Assembly: GCF_028641065.1 (NCBI RefSeq)
Contig: NC_073407.1
Span: 8,308,001-8,372,000 of the forward strand
From: Leucoraja erinacea
Lineage: Eukaryota
Direction: 5' to 3'
DNA: 64,000 nt
A program made the position numbers and the translations under genes. This document shows positions 14,101 to 26,342 of the stretch, one piece after another (positions within the stretch are counted from its first letter, which is position 1; each line of letters begins with the position of its first letter). A model generated the notes under the pieces. The model was not told where the DNA came from. It searched no databases and worked only from the letters and a program-made list of their open reading frames with translations.

Positions 14101-14439
14101 GTTGGTCTCCCAAAATTTCTCCTTCATCTGTCTCTCATTTAAAGGCCATTTCCTCAGGAAATATACCCTTTTTGTAGCATCCTCCTCTCTGTGCAATCCT
14201 TTTGCTGCGCTGTTATCTAGTTGTGTGCATCCCGGGTTATACAAAATTTAAAAAAGGCAGCACTGAGGATTTTCATGAATTTGGCATCTTTCCACTGTTA
14301 AAAATCGAGTGGCTTGTTAGTGTGTTTTGTATTTTTAAAATATTTTACAGTTATTGTGTTGAGTGTGCACACAGAAGGTAATTCTGCCAATTTAATATGG
14401 ACAAATTTGTGGCTACTTGAAATTTATTGGATGTCCACA

Positions 14440-14920
14440 TTCGGCTCGAGTGATTTGTTTAAAAACCAGCTGATCAGAGTTCTGGACCAGCATGTTCCAA
14501 TAAGGAGGAGGGCCAAGTCTGGAAAAGTATGGAAACATTGGACACTAAGAGAGGTCAATTTGGTCAAGAAGAGAAAGAAGAATCGATCTTATGGTCCAAG
14601 TCCATAGCTCACTGAAATTGGCAACAGGTTTAGATAGAGTGGTAAGGAAGGCATGTGGTATGCTTGCCTTCACCGGTCAAATCATTTGAGTTTATGAGTC
14701 AGGAAGTCATGTTGCAGTTATATAAAAGTTTGGTGAGGCTGCATTTGGATTATTGTGTGCATTTCTGGTTGCCCCAATGTGGGAAGGATATGGAGACTTT
14801 GGAGAGTGTGCAAAAGAGGTCTCCCAGGATGCTGCTTTGATTAGAGGGTATTAACTATAAGGAAAGGTTGGACAAACTTGGATTGTTTCCTCTGGCCTTA
14901 TGGAGATTTACAAATTCATG
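14440..14920 (+). mobile_element. Degraded CR1-like LINE fragments
   Basis: MLQLYKSLVRLHLDYCVHFW...LESVQKR matches the CR1 ORF2 C-terminal motif (LYK.LVRPHLEYCVQFW). Confidence 0.75.
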
Positions 14921-15689
14921 GGGAACATAGATCCAGTCTCCTGAGCTCCAGGGAAAAGGTGATGGAAACAGAATATTTGAATAGTGTTAAAGTCGAGATA
15001 AGCTAGGATGCCAATCATACTGGAATATGGGTTTGAGGTTACAATCAGTACAGCCATGATCTTTTTAAGTGATGGAGCAATGGGTAAGGAGCCTACCCTT
15101 TCATTTGTGATTTGGTGCCTCAAGTATTTATTATACAATTTATCTCCTGGATAGGAAGATGCAGGTATATAGCTACAATGATGCTTCCTTGCTGAAGAAG
15201 ATTCAAGTTCTATAGATAGTGCATGAGATACAGGGAATTGGTCTCAGACATCTGAGACTGATTTGGCCTCTTGGAGTCTTCAAGGAAGCAATCTCCATGT
15301 TGAAGATTTGTCCGCACAGATGGAATTATTTCAGTTATGCTTTGAGTGAAAATCCCCAACTGCATCAGTGCAGTTCCATGGCTTTAGGTAAGTACTCTTG
15401 CAGGGATAAACTGTCGGGCATCTTAACTATCAAAAGTATTTGTCTCCCGGTCTAGGATTTAATTGTAGATTACGCAGGAGTATAATGAGGGATCTGGATA
15501 AAAAAATACACTAATTCCAAAATAAATCCTTTCAGAGCTTGCCTAGTCTGACCTGTATTATCTCCAGATATGCAGCAAAGTAGTTGACTTTTCAATGCCA
15601 GCATGTGACCTTGCGAGCCATTGCGTTCAACTCCAGGCGTGTTAGCACATGGCACAGGAGTATTGCCACTTCTTTATACCTGCCTTTAA

Positions 15690-16105
15690 TCTCTTTCCTC
15701 CTACCTTAAAATTTGCCAATTGGACCTAAAACGTTTTCTCTTCCTTCATCCAGGTAATTAATGTAAGTAGTGAATAATTGCATGCCAAAAACTGATCGCT
15801 GCGGTACTCCACTGGTTACCTGGCTCCAGTCTGAAAATGACCCATTTATTCCAGCACTGTTGTTGTGTATGAGAAAGCCAGTCATCAATCTATTATAACA
15901 CGTTTCCTCAAACCTTGGCCTTTTAATTGATGCACCAGCCTCGTATGTGGCATTTTGTCGAATGCCTTTTGGAAAGGCCAAAGATTTTGAGCAAATTTGC
16001 CAAGCATGATTTACCTTTCATAAGACCACCCCATCGTGGTTTAATCATAATCAGCTTTCCCAAATGAATAGCTAATTCCACTCTTTGATTATTGCCTCTA
16101 ATACC
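15690..16105 (-). mobile_element. Old CR1-like RT fragment
   Basis: GINGSFSDWSQVTSGVPQRSVFG.QLFTTYINYLDEG RT motif. Confidence 0.75.
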
Positions 16106-16649
16106 TGAAACAGAGTTAATGTTCCAGGCTAAAGCCCCTTCGTCAGAATGTTAACACTCTTCCACGCCTGCTTTCTGGCCAGCTGCGTGTATCCAGCAGT
16201 GTTGGTTTTCATGCATTATGTTGCTGTGCCACTATTTATTAGGTTAACTCATGGCAGAAGCGATCAGTATCGAAAGAAAAAGCACAAGGGAGCAACCTTG
16301 TCTTGTTACACTCGCCCCAACATCACCTTGCCTTCCCACGCCTCAATGTATTTTGTGAACTTTTCCTTCATTTGTTTTCCTCTTGATTCTTTATTTCCAT
16401 TCTCTCTCTTTCTCACTGACTCAATGTTTTCCTCTAAAATACCAGAACTGCACGTCCAAACTCACTGCAAATCCCCACTAACTAGAACCTCAGTGTATGG
16501 GCTCTGTCTGCAGTTTGCCATGCTGTTTGCTCCATGCTTCGTCTGAATATTTTTCACAGGATACCCCTGGGTTAATTTAAGCAACCAAAAAAAAAACAAT
16601 TGTGTGAAAATAATAGAACAGCAGGTTTCAGTTGCAAAGATCCAAGTCT

Positions 16650-18700
16650 CTAAGTAGTTAATGGTATTTTTATTTTGTTAGTATGCTGCAAATCATTGAT
16701 TTAATGGTTGGCAATTCATTTACAAAAATTTTGCAAGCACATGATTTAAAAGAAATGCTAGGCAGTTTTAAATCCATGCATCGATAAAATAATGGATGCA
16801 TGTACAACTCGACTCTTTAGTGTAAGCAACTATATTCGTGAATATGTCTTGCTCTACCTTGTATACAATGTTCTAATATTAGCCTGCATAACTTTAATTA
16901 ATGCAGAGTTTTGGTCCAGAGCATATTCTAGTACAGATGTACATAAATAATGGATTGTTAAACCATAAGCCTTGTATCAGGGAACTGGTTCTACCCCCAC
17001 AGATTGGACATACGACCCAAGTGGGTGACCCTGAAGTCGGTCTTTACCTGCCTGTTCTCACACACTAATCGTTCGCAAACGGCCATCAATTCCCTCACAA
17101 CTCCCTGCAGGACAAGTACGAGGAGAGAAGCCGAGAGGAACATAGCAGACCTCCCAATGTCCATAACACTTGAGCACTAATTTTTATAAGTTTCAAGAAT
17201 TTGAAAAATATTGCTGAGTACAGAGGAAACATTCACATTTTACAAGGTTTTCACAGTCGGTAAATTGACCAGATTGTTGCAAGGGACGCACTGCTCCTGG
17301 CTAATCAGTACTGACAGTGTTGAAACATCACAGTTACTGAATGTTGTAAACACGTTCTCCCTGTCTATCGGAGACAGATTGCTCGGGTCTTTGGGTTCAC
17401 TGAACTGTTCCTGTTGATCCACACCCAAACTGCTCTGCTCTGCTCGCTCTGAGAATCCAATTTTTTGTATGTGGTACTTTTATTAAAATATGCCATTGTG
17501 TGAGCAAGTAACAGCAAAGGTGTCTGGAACAGGTCGTGACAGAGGTTAAAAGAAGAAAAAGAACTGACTGTCACTGCTCTTAGTTTGAAAACTGGGACTG
17601 AAGGATGTTTCTGATGCCAACGCAGTGACTTGGCAAGTGAAACAGATGATATATCAATAAATAAAACTCCTTTTCTGCTTGCGATAATCCCTTCTAATTA
17701 TGTTTAATTGAAAATTGGTGGAGAAAGGGATGAGGAATTTCATATGTTGTTACAATTTAGTGGGAAGAAGTAGATTAGCAAAGTTGACTTACATTTGGCA
17801 CATGGAATCTGTTTGCCAAGTACCCTTTGGCCATAACAGAAGTGTACACGGTTCCTATCCTTATCAACAGAACAGCGTTCTCCCTGCTGCTTATTTTCCG
17901 GCTTAGAAATAACCTCCAACAAAGAACCTCATTTGAGGACTGATTCCATTGACTACTCAAATACTCAATGTTAAAAAGTTATTTTGCTGTAGGCGGACTC
18001 TATTCCATGGACCGGGTCTGAGTAAACAGTGCAAAGGCCAACTAGGAAACTAGTATGTTTTCCATTCCATACTGCTGTTGCTGGAGTATCTAACATACAA
18101 ATAAAAGACAATATATTTGCTTTCTTCCAAATCATCCTTTCAGTACAGCTATCAACTCTTACCAAGAGCTTTAGGTGGACAATTTTCAAACGTGACTAAA
18201 ATTGGTCTAACATTTCTATCTATCTAAACATCTTCTGACTGAGCATACTGGAAGATCCATGTGACTCACTTCTTCGATTTCCTCTGATTCCACACTGACC
18301 AAAATTGTATGTCCAGAACGCGTACAGAATTCCATTCTACATAACCATTGAACATTGTTAAACTTTGCTGCACTGAAATTTATAGACAACATAAGAGTAA
18401 GAAATCAGAAAGCATATCTATAAATACATTTTGAAAATGTAACACAGAAGCATGAAAACTATATCATTCCTGTTGCATTCGATCGGAGGACAGAAGTTAA
18501 CCATTCTACAATTGCTAAAAGTCTACTCGCTAACAGTCCTTACAGTGCCATTTGATTCCAAAATGGGTCTATCACGTTCCACTGGTGGTGCATTCTCCCT
18601 TTAGATCTTCACTGCCGTGCTTATTTTGTTTCTTTTAAAACAAACTTCAAGCTGGGGTGTGCTGCAATTGTTCTCGCATAAACTTCCACGAGGTCAGAGT
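16650..18700 (-). other. NEK6: Probable ~2-kb NEK6 3' UTR
   Basis: Repeat-free AT-rich sequence after the stop. Minus-strand AATAAA at 16669-16674 is followed by a T-run near 16587-16597. A second AATAAA lies at 17479-17484. The end point is inferred. Confidence 0.55.
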
Positions 18701-18811
18701 TCAGGTGCTGGCTGCCCACCCGTGCATCTGCTTTGCTATTTGGTGCATGAAGCTGACATCTGGCCGCAGATCGGGGTCGGGATTGATGCACATGATCACC
18801 AGCTCTCGCAG
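18701..18811 (-). CDS. NEK6: NEK6 last coding exon
   Basis: tctttccctag|CTG, 111 nt. [36 protein letters not shown] resembles the human NEK6 end (..AKQMHIWMSST). Confidence 0.94.
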   Translation of the reverse strand: MRELVIMCINPDPDLRPDVSFMHQIAKQMHGWAAST

Positions 18812-18920
18812 CTAGGGAAAGACAGACATCTCATTAGACAAATCCAGGCGGTGCACGATCAGCGACAACCTTGCCGTTTGGAAGGACCGAGCGCAAACTG
18901 GGTGACCATTTTGCCAAATA

Positions 18921-21037
18921 CAGGTGCACAACCTTTTATCCGAAGATCCAAATAACGAAAACCTCCGAATAGCGACATTTTTTCGGTCCTTGAAGAAAGG
19001 TCCTTGAAAATGTTCACGGAGGGCGGCCCCCAGAGGTGACAGCGGAACCTCCGGTCGGTCCTCGAAGAAAGGGGAACTAAATCCCCATTCATAAAAGAGA
19101 AGGTGAGGGTATATTGCGTGGGAGGGTTAATAATTGACAATATGCTGCTACCTGCCAGCTGCGTTAAAAAGTTCCTACGGTAGACTCACGATACACAGTG
19201 TATCGTGAGTCTTGCGTGGAACTTTTTAACTCAGCGTGCAGGCAGCAGTAGATTGTCGCTCCCTTCAGTTTCATCCCACCTACACCCCTCTGCTTCCCGG
19301 CCATGTGTGTGACCCCTTCCCTCCCCTCTCCAGCTCCCCGCTCATTGCAGCGGCGCGGGGGCTTTGTACTGTCTTCACGTCGCGATGCTAGCAGCACAGT
19401 GCCAGTCACCAGAGACGTCAGGACCAACGGAACACCGACCCCCAGGCCCACTGCAAGCACGGAGATCCCAGATCAGCAACTCCAGCCCAGCCCCGTTCCA
19501 ACTCCAGAGGAACACGCTCCCCGTATGGGCAGAAGCTGATGGTGTGCAAGGGGCGTCGTGTTCTTGGGGTCACGCAGCTCGGGCTGTGGGCGAACTGCCA
19601 CTTGTCACCATAGCGGCCCATCGCGGAGCGGATTCCTCTGGAGTTGGAGGGGGAGGGGTGTATTGTGCTGTTTGATCGCCCCCTACTATTCCAGGGACAG
19701 GGAGACAGGACGTTCACCGAGGGCGGCCCGCAGAGGTGACAGCGGAACCTCCGGTCGGTCCTCGAAGAAAGGGGAACTAAATCCCCATCCATAAAAGAGA
19801 AGGTGAGGGTATATTGCGTGGGAGGGGTAATAATTGATAATATGCTGCTACCTGCCCGCTGTTAAAAAGTTCCCACGGTAGACACGATACACAGTGTATC
19901 GTGAGTCTTGCGTGGGAACTTTCTAACTCAGCGTGCAGGCAGCAGCAGATTGTCGCTCCCTTCAGTTTCACCCCACCTACACCCCTCTGCTTCCCGGCCA
20001 TATGTGTGACCCCTTCCCTCCCCTCTCCAGCTCCCCGCTCATCGCACCGGCGCGGGGGCTTTGTACTGTCTTCACGTCGGCGATGGCAGCCAGCAGGCTA
20101 GTGCAGTCACTGGAGACGTCAGGACCAATTGGACGTCGACCACCAGGCCCACCGCAAGCACGGAGATCCCAGAGACCCACAGCCAACAGCAGCCCAGCCC
20201 AGCCCCGCTCCAACTACAGAGAACCTGGGTTGCGGATGACGGGGCGCAGCTCGGGGCATCGTAGGGGCCCATCGAGGAGCGGGTTCCTGTTGGTCCTGAC
20301 GTCTCCGGCCACCTGCTATCCTCCGGGAACTGTACCGCCCTTGCAGGAGAGTGGGGTTGTTTGCAGTTGCAGAGGGAGGGGGCAAGGGCGGTACAGTTCC
20401 CAGTCTCAGCTCCAGTCCAGGGGGGTGGCCAGAGACGTCAGGACCAACGGGACAGCGACCCCCAGGCCCACTGCAAGCACGGAGATCCCAGAGACCCACA
20501 GCCAGCAGCAACTCCAGCCCAGCCCCGCTCCAACTCCAGAGGAACACGTAGGGGCAGAAGCTGATGGTGTGCAAGGTGTTCTTCGGGTGGCACAGCTCGG
20601 GCTGTGGGCAAACTGCCACTTGTCGCCGTAGCGGCCCATCGGGGAGCGGATTCCTCTGGAGTTGGAGGGGGAGGGGGGTATTGTGCTGTTTGATCGCCCC
20701 CTGCTATCCCAGGGTCAGGGAGACACAGCGGCGTTTTAGACTGGTGGGCAATCACTTCCAAAGTTCTGCCCACACAGTCAGTACACCTCTCCTACACTGC
20801 AATTCATACAAACATTTATTCTGCCTGAAAAAACGACATTGAAGACTCAAACTCGCGACCGAGTAACTGCCGGGATCAAGGCGCAAACTCGCGACCTTGC
20901 GGATATGAGCCGAGCACTCTACCACTGAGCCAGCCATTAAAATCTACGCTAAAAAAATTCCATTCCGAAGACCGACAAATTCTGAATTACGAAAAGTGTC
21001 TGGTCCCAAGGCTTTCGGATATAAGGTTGTGCACCTG
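18921..21037. mobile_element. Non-autonomous Tc1/mariner-pogo-type DNA transposon, 2117 bp, composite interior
   Basis: TA|CAGGTGCACAACCTTTTATCCGAA ... TTCGGATATAAGGTTGTGCACCTG|TA: 24-bp TIRs with one mismatch and a TA target duplication. No transposase ORF. Confidence 0.88.
20866..20935 (-). pseudogene. Degenerate tRNA-Met(CAT)-like sequence inside the DNA transposon
   Basis: Minus strand TG-GCTC-AGTGGTA-GAGT-G-CTCGG-CTCATAT-CCGCA-AGGTC-GCGAG-TTTGCGC-CTTGA gives a D arm, a CAT anticodon loop, a variable loop and a T arm. The acceptor stem does not pair. Confidence 0.5.
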
Positions 21038-21145
21038 TACTTGCAACCCAATGGTATGAACATCGAAGAACAAATACACAAAGCGCTGAAGTAACTCAGC
21101 GGGTCAGGCAGCATCCCTGGAGAAAGACACAAAGTGCTGGAGTAA

Positions 21146-21432
21146 AGCACCTGTCTCACTTTCCCGAGTTACTCACGAATTATCCCGAGTTTTCCCCTTG
21201 ATTCAAACTCGGGGAATGTCCGTAGATATTTTGTAGCGGCTCATAATGCCAGCCGTAGGTACTCGGGGCATCAGGTAAGTCGGACGTTTTTTCAGCATGT
21301 GGAAAAATGTCCACGAGTAAAAAAATATAGCCCCGAATACCTATGGCTGGCTATTACCGTAGCTCTCCGAGTTTGAATCAAGGGGAAAACTTGGGAGAAT
21401 TCGTGGTAAGTCGGGAAAGTGGGACATGGGCT
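21146..21432. mobile_element. PIF/Harbinger-like palindromic MITE
   Basis: TAA|AGCACCTGTCTCACTT...AAGTGGGACATGGGCT|TAA. It splits the PLE motif GCTGGAGTAA/CTCAGC with a 3-bp TAA duplication, and has long inverted arms (TTTTCCCCTTGATTCAAACTCGG / CCGAGTTTGAATCAAGGGGAAAA). Confidence 0.85.
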
Positions 21433-21823
21433 TAACTCAGCGAGTCAGCAACTCTGGAGAAAAAGGATGGATGACGTTTCGGGTCGGAACAGATGCTGCC
21501 TGACTCGCTTAGTTACTCCAGCACTTTGTGTCTATCTTCGCTATAAACCAGCATCTGCAGTTCCCTCCTACCTTGGATAACATGGATAGGTGACGTTTTG
21601 GGTTGGGACTCTTATTCAGACAGAGTACATAATAGAGGCTGATACAGTTACAAATGGTATAGGGAGATACGAGTTGTATCTGAAGAAGGGTTCTAACACA
21701 AAACATCACCTATCCATGGATGCTGCCTGACCCGCTGAGTTACTCCAACACTTTTTTTGGTAAACCAGCATCTGCTGGTTCCTTGTTTCTATAGTATATG
21801 AACATCAAATTCAATTCACTGGC

Positions 21824-22005
21824 CTCCTGGATCTCCCTGTTGCTAACTATTTTAACTCCCCTTCCCATTCCCATGCTGACCTTTCTGTCCTGGGAGTCCT
21901 CCATTGCCAGAGGGAGGCCACATGCAAACTGGAGGAAGACTGCCTCATATTCCCCTTGCAACCCAAAGGTATGAACATGGAATTCTCTAATTTCAAGGGA
22001 TAACT
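21824..22005 (+). mobile_element. PLE GIY-YIG C-terminal fragment
   Basis: Degenerate copy of the DLPVA.HFNSPSHS..DLSVLG...KLEE..LIF segment seen at 31366-31895. Confidence 0.7.
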
Positions 22006-23635
22006 CTTCAATTTTCCACCCTGGCAGGCTCCCATTTCTCCCACCATCTCCCACCCTCAGAATCCCTGCTCCTTTCCCTTACTTCGTACACTCATCTCCC
22101 ATCCCCGAATCCCTAGTTTCTCTTATACTCATTTCTTCTACTATTCCACCTGCCCCCCCACCCTCAACATGCTCACCCACCTATATCCCTCCCTCTGGCT
22201 TTACATTTCACTCTTCTCCTTATCTGACACCGTTTTGTCTTCTTTTCACCTTTAGCCTTTGTCACTTCCCCCACCCATCTGCCAACCAACCCACCCTTCA
22301 CCTGCATTCACCCATCACTTGCCATACAGCACGAAAAAAATCATTTTGGCCCAACTCGTCCAGTCCGACCAGTTTTGTTTAGTTTATTATTATCACGTGG
22401 ACGGAGGTACAGTGAAAAGATTTTTGTTGTGTGCTATACAGTCGGCGAAAAGAATATACACGGTTACAATCAAGCAGTCCACAGTGTACAGATACAGGAG
22501 AAATGGTATCTGTAACCACTAACCACTAACCACTAACAGAGTTATAGACACAAGGAACTGCAGGTGCTAGTTAAAACACAAAAGGGCATGAAGAGCTGGA
22601 ATAACTCATCCGGTCAGGCAGCATCTCTGGAGAACAGGAGTCGGTGATGTTTTGGGTCGGGACCTTTCTGCAGACCCCCAGTCTGAAGGGAGGAGGCCCG
22701 AAATGTCACCTATCATGTTCTCCAGAGATGTGGCCTGACCTGCTGTGTTACCCCAGCACTTTGTGTCCTTTTGGCCACTAACAGTCTTGGTGCTTTTTCC
22801 TCCACAGTCACTGAGTATCTGACCTTTTGATGTATATCACAGGTTTGCCCACAATATCGATTTAAAGGCAGTTTATTTTAAGATGTTGTTACCTCTAGAA
22901 ATGTTGCTGCACAGTCGAGAGGCCCAGTGGAGATACATGATTTATGACTGGCATATCCTCTTTTTAAATAATTTTGTTCACTTAAATTTTTTATCACAGC
23001 TTTATGATGCATTATAAGTGGAATGCAGCTGCTGGTTATAAATGTATTTATGAAAATAATGCAGACTCCAACATTTTTTCATTTTATTATTGGGTAAACT
23101 GCTTCGGCTGAATATGTTCGGGATATTGAGCTGATTATTTGTACCATTTTATTTTCGCACGTTGGGTTGCTCAAGTTACTCATCAGTGTTCAGATATTGA
23201 GATGTTGTCCTAACACAAACCTAAGCCACACTGCCCCAGCGTGGGAGGTAAGATCCTGCATCTTCTCAGCCAAAGTTCGTAGGCATCTGTTATTCAGCTC
23301 TGGAGCTTTGGAACATAGAACAGTACAGCACAGGACCGGGCCCTTAGGTCCACAATGTCCATGCCAAACATGATGCTGACTTAAACTCATCTCTGCCTGC
23401 ATATGATCCATATCCCTCCATTCCCTGCAAATCATTGTGCTCGTCTGAAAACCTCTTGAGCACACCTATAGTTTCTGCCTCCATCACCACCACCAACCCT
23501 GGCAGTGCGTTCCAGGCACCCACCGCCCTCTGTCCCACACATCTTCTTTAAACTTTGCCCCTCTCACCCTAAAGCTATGTTCACAGAACATTCTGTGCCT
23601 CTGAAGCATTGCCATAGAAGAAAGGAAGAATCAGT

Positions 23636-23918
23636 TTAGTTTAGTTAGAGATACAGCATGGAAACAGACCCTTCAGCCCACCGAGTCCATGTCGATCACC
23701 TGTTCACGCGACCTCTATGTCATCTCATATCCAATATACAGAGGCCAATTAACCTACAAACACACACGTCTTTGGGATGTGGGAGGAAACCGGAACTCCC
23801 GGAAGACACCCACATGGTCACAGGGAGAACGTGCAAACTCCTAAAAGACAGCACCCGAGGTCTGGATCAAACCTGGGTCCCTGGTGCGGTGAAGCGGCAG
23901 CTCTACCAGCCGTGCCAC
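23636..23918 (-). mobile_element. HE1-like V-SINE
   Basis: (GTTTA)n tail and the shared SINE body in reverse orientation. Confidence 0.8.
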
Positions 23919-24423
23919 CTGAGATCTTGGAGATGATATAAAAGAGGACAATAACGCTGTAGATTAGATCAACATTTTCAATAGATTATCCAGCTAGATA
24001 GTCTTTTTCTGAAAGATTCGCTTATAAGAGTGGGAAGAGTCAAAACTGGAATAGCCCGTTTTTTAGGGAATGTTTAGTTACTAGGGATTGCATGGACCAA
24101 GAGTTGAGGCATGATCTTTTACCCAGAGTGGACATGTCCAAGACCAGGGGCATTACTTTAAGGTGAGAGGGGTAAACTTTAAAGGAGATGTGCAGGGAAA
24201 GTTATTTTACACAAAACGCACTGACTGGGTTGATAGTGGAGGCAGATGTGATAGTGATAGGCTTTTAGATAGACTCATGAATGTGCAGGGAATGGAGGGA
24301 TATGGATCAAGTATAGGCCAAGGAGATTAACTTGGCGTCATGTTCGGCACGGACAACATGGGCCCAAGAGCCTGTTCCTGCACTGTACAAGATTCAAGAG
24401 TCAAAAGTGTTTAACTGTCGTAT

Positions 24424-24727
24424 GGGCGGCGCGTTGGTGCAGCGGTAGAGTTGCTGCCTTACAGCGCCAGAGACCCGGGTCCGATCCTGAATACGGGTGC
24501 CGTCTATACAGAGTTTACACATTCTTCCCGTGACCACGTGGGTTTTCTTCAGGTGCTCCAGTTTCCTCCCACACTCCAAAGACGTACAGGTTTGTTGGTT
24601 AATTGGCTTCAGTAAAAATTGTAACTTGTAGGATAGTGCTCGTGTACGGGGATCGCTGGTTGGCGTGGGCTCGGCGGGCCGAGTGGCCTGTTTCCACACT
24701 GTATCTCTAACCCAAATCTAAACTAAA
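24424..24727 (+). mobile_element. HE1-like V-SINE, near full length
   Basis: GGGCGGCGCGTTGGTGCAGCGGTAGAGTTGCTGCCTTACAGCGCCAGAGACCCGGGTCCGATCC head with A/B boxes; CTAAA-type tail. Confidence 0.85.
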
Positions 24728-25376
24728 AACGTAGTGAAAATGGAACAATAACATTCTTCCTTGCAGCAGCCAGTAAGTAAGCACCTGCCTGTCAACCTGG
24801 TGTCATTATCTGCAGGGCTTTGCAATTGCTGCTCTAAGTTTTGTGGGCTCCTTGCTACGACATATTTTCCTCTTGTTCTGTGGCCTCATTAGTATTCTCT
24901 CCTTCAGCTGTGCCAGGTGTGAACGAACGGGGGTGAGAGGTCAGATTCTCGACACAAACGCCTCCGGTGTGGCGCACGTGCGGCTCTGACAGGGAGGAGC
25001 CGAAGGTAGACCTCGCCGACCTCATCGGGAGAGCAAGATCACCAAGTGATTGTTCACTGACAGCAGAACCCGGGGAGGAAGACAGAAGCCGTTTCTGCAG
25101 GGCCTGCATCGATCTTGCCCCAACGAGCTGCAGGAGGTCAGTGAATCCCTGCAGACATTCTGTCAGCACCAGGGAGGGAGGTGATAGCTTTAAGATGCTC
25201 ATTAAAATTAAATGGGAAAGTAATAAACCACTACTCGGACAGTTTGCAATTAAACAATATTTGAAATTAGGGGCTGTAAACTGATGTGCAACGACAAATA
25301 ACTGGCGGACAGCTGGAGTTGTTCTTTGAGCAACAAAGATCCGAGGGGAGCGTTGGCAGGGATGTCATCCTGCCTT

Positions 25377-25847
25377 AGTTTAGTTTAGAGATACGGCGTG
25401 GAAACAGGCCCTTCGGCCCACTGAGTCTACACCGACCATCAATCACCAGTACACTAGATCTATGTCCGACACACTAGGGGCAACTTACAGATTTACAGAC
25501 ACAAAAACCTGCTCGTCTTTTGAATGTGGGAAGAAACTGGATGCTTTCAAGAGAGAGCTAGATAGGGCTTTTAAAAATAGCGGAGTCAGGGGATATGGGG
25601 AGAAGGCAGGAACGGGGTACTGATTGGGGATGATCAGCCATGATCACATTGAATGGCGGTGCTGGCTCGAAGGGCCGAATGGCCTACTCCTGCGCATATT
25701 GTCTATTGAAAGCGGAGCACCTGGAGAAAACTCACATGATCACAGGGAGAATATATAAACTCCGCACAGACTGCACCTGAGGTCAGGATTGAACCTGGGT
25801 CTCTTGCGCTGTGAGGCAACAGCTCTACTGCTACGCCACTGTACCGC
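25377..25847 (-). mobile_element. V-SINE interrupted by a CR1 3' end (about 25540-25706, + strand)
   Basis: SINE halves flank ...GATCAGCCATGATCACATTGAATGGCGGTGCTGGCTCGAAGGGCCGAATGGCCTACTCCTGC. Confidence 0.7.
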
Positions 25848-26342
25848 CCTGGAGGACAAGAACAGAGAAGCCATTTCCACTCTGTGTGTGCCTCAAGGAG
25901 CAGAGAGCACAGATTTAATGTGAATGTAGAACGGTACAGCACTGGAACAGGCCTTTCGGCCCACGACGTCTGTGCCAAACTTGGCGCCAAGATAAACTAA
26001 TCCCTGTCACTGCACATGATCCATATCCCTCCATTCCCTGAATATCCATATGCCTGTCCAAAATATCATAAACGCCACTATCATATTTGCCTCCATCATA
26101 ACCGCTGTCAGTGTGTCCCAAACACCCACCACTCTCTATGTAAAAAAACTTGCCCTGCACATCTCTGTTAAACTTTGTCCCTCTCAACTTAAAGCTATGC
26201 CCTCTAGTCTTTGACATTTCCACCCTGGGAAAAAAAAGGTTCTGATTGCCTCCCCTATCTCTGCCTCTCATCATTTTATATCCTTCTATCAGGTCTCTCC
26301 TCAACATTCCAGCGGTCCAGAAAAAACAATCCAAGTTTGTCC

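Noticed and set aside
19933-20631. 232-aa ORF and overlapping ORFs inside the Tc1/pogo-type element
   Set aside because: No DDE or HTH motifs; open frames on both strands reflect GC-rich repeats.
22513-22538. (TAACCAC)n telomere-like repeat
   Set aside because: Only about 3.5 units, not TTAGGG; best explained as slippage beside a PLE target duplication.
24424-24500. tRNA gene
   Set aside because: tRNA-like head continues into the V-SINE body; it is a SINE, not a tRNA gene.
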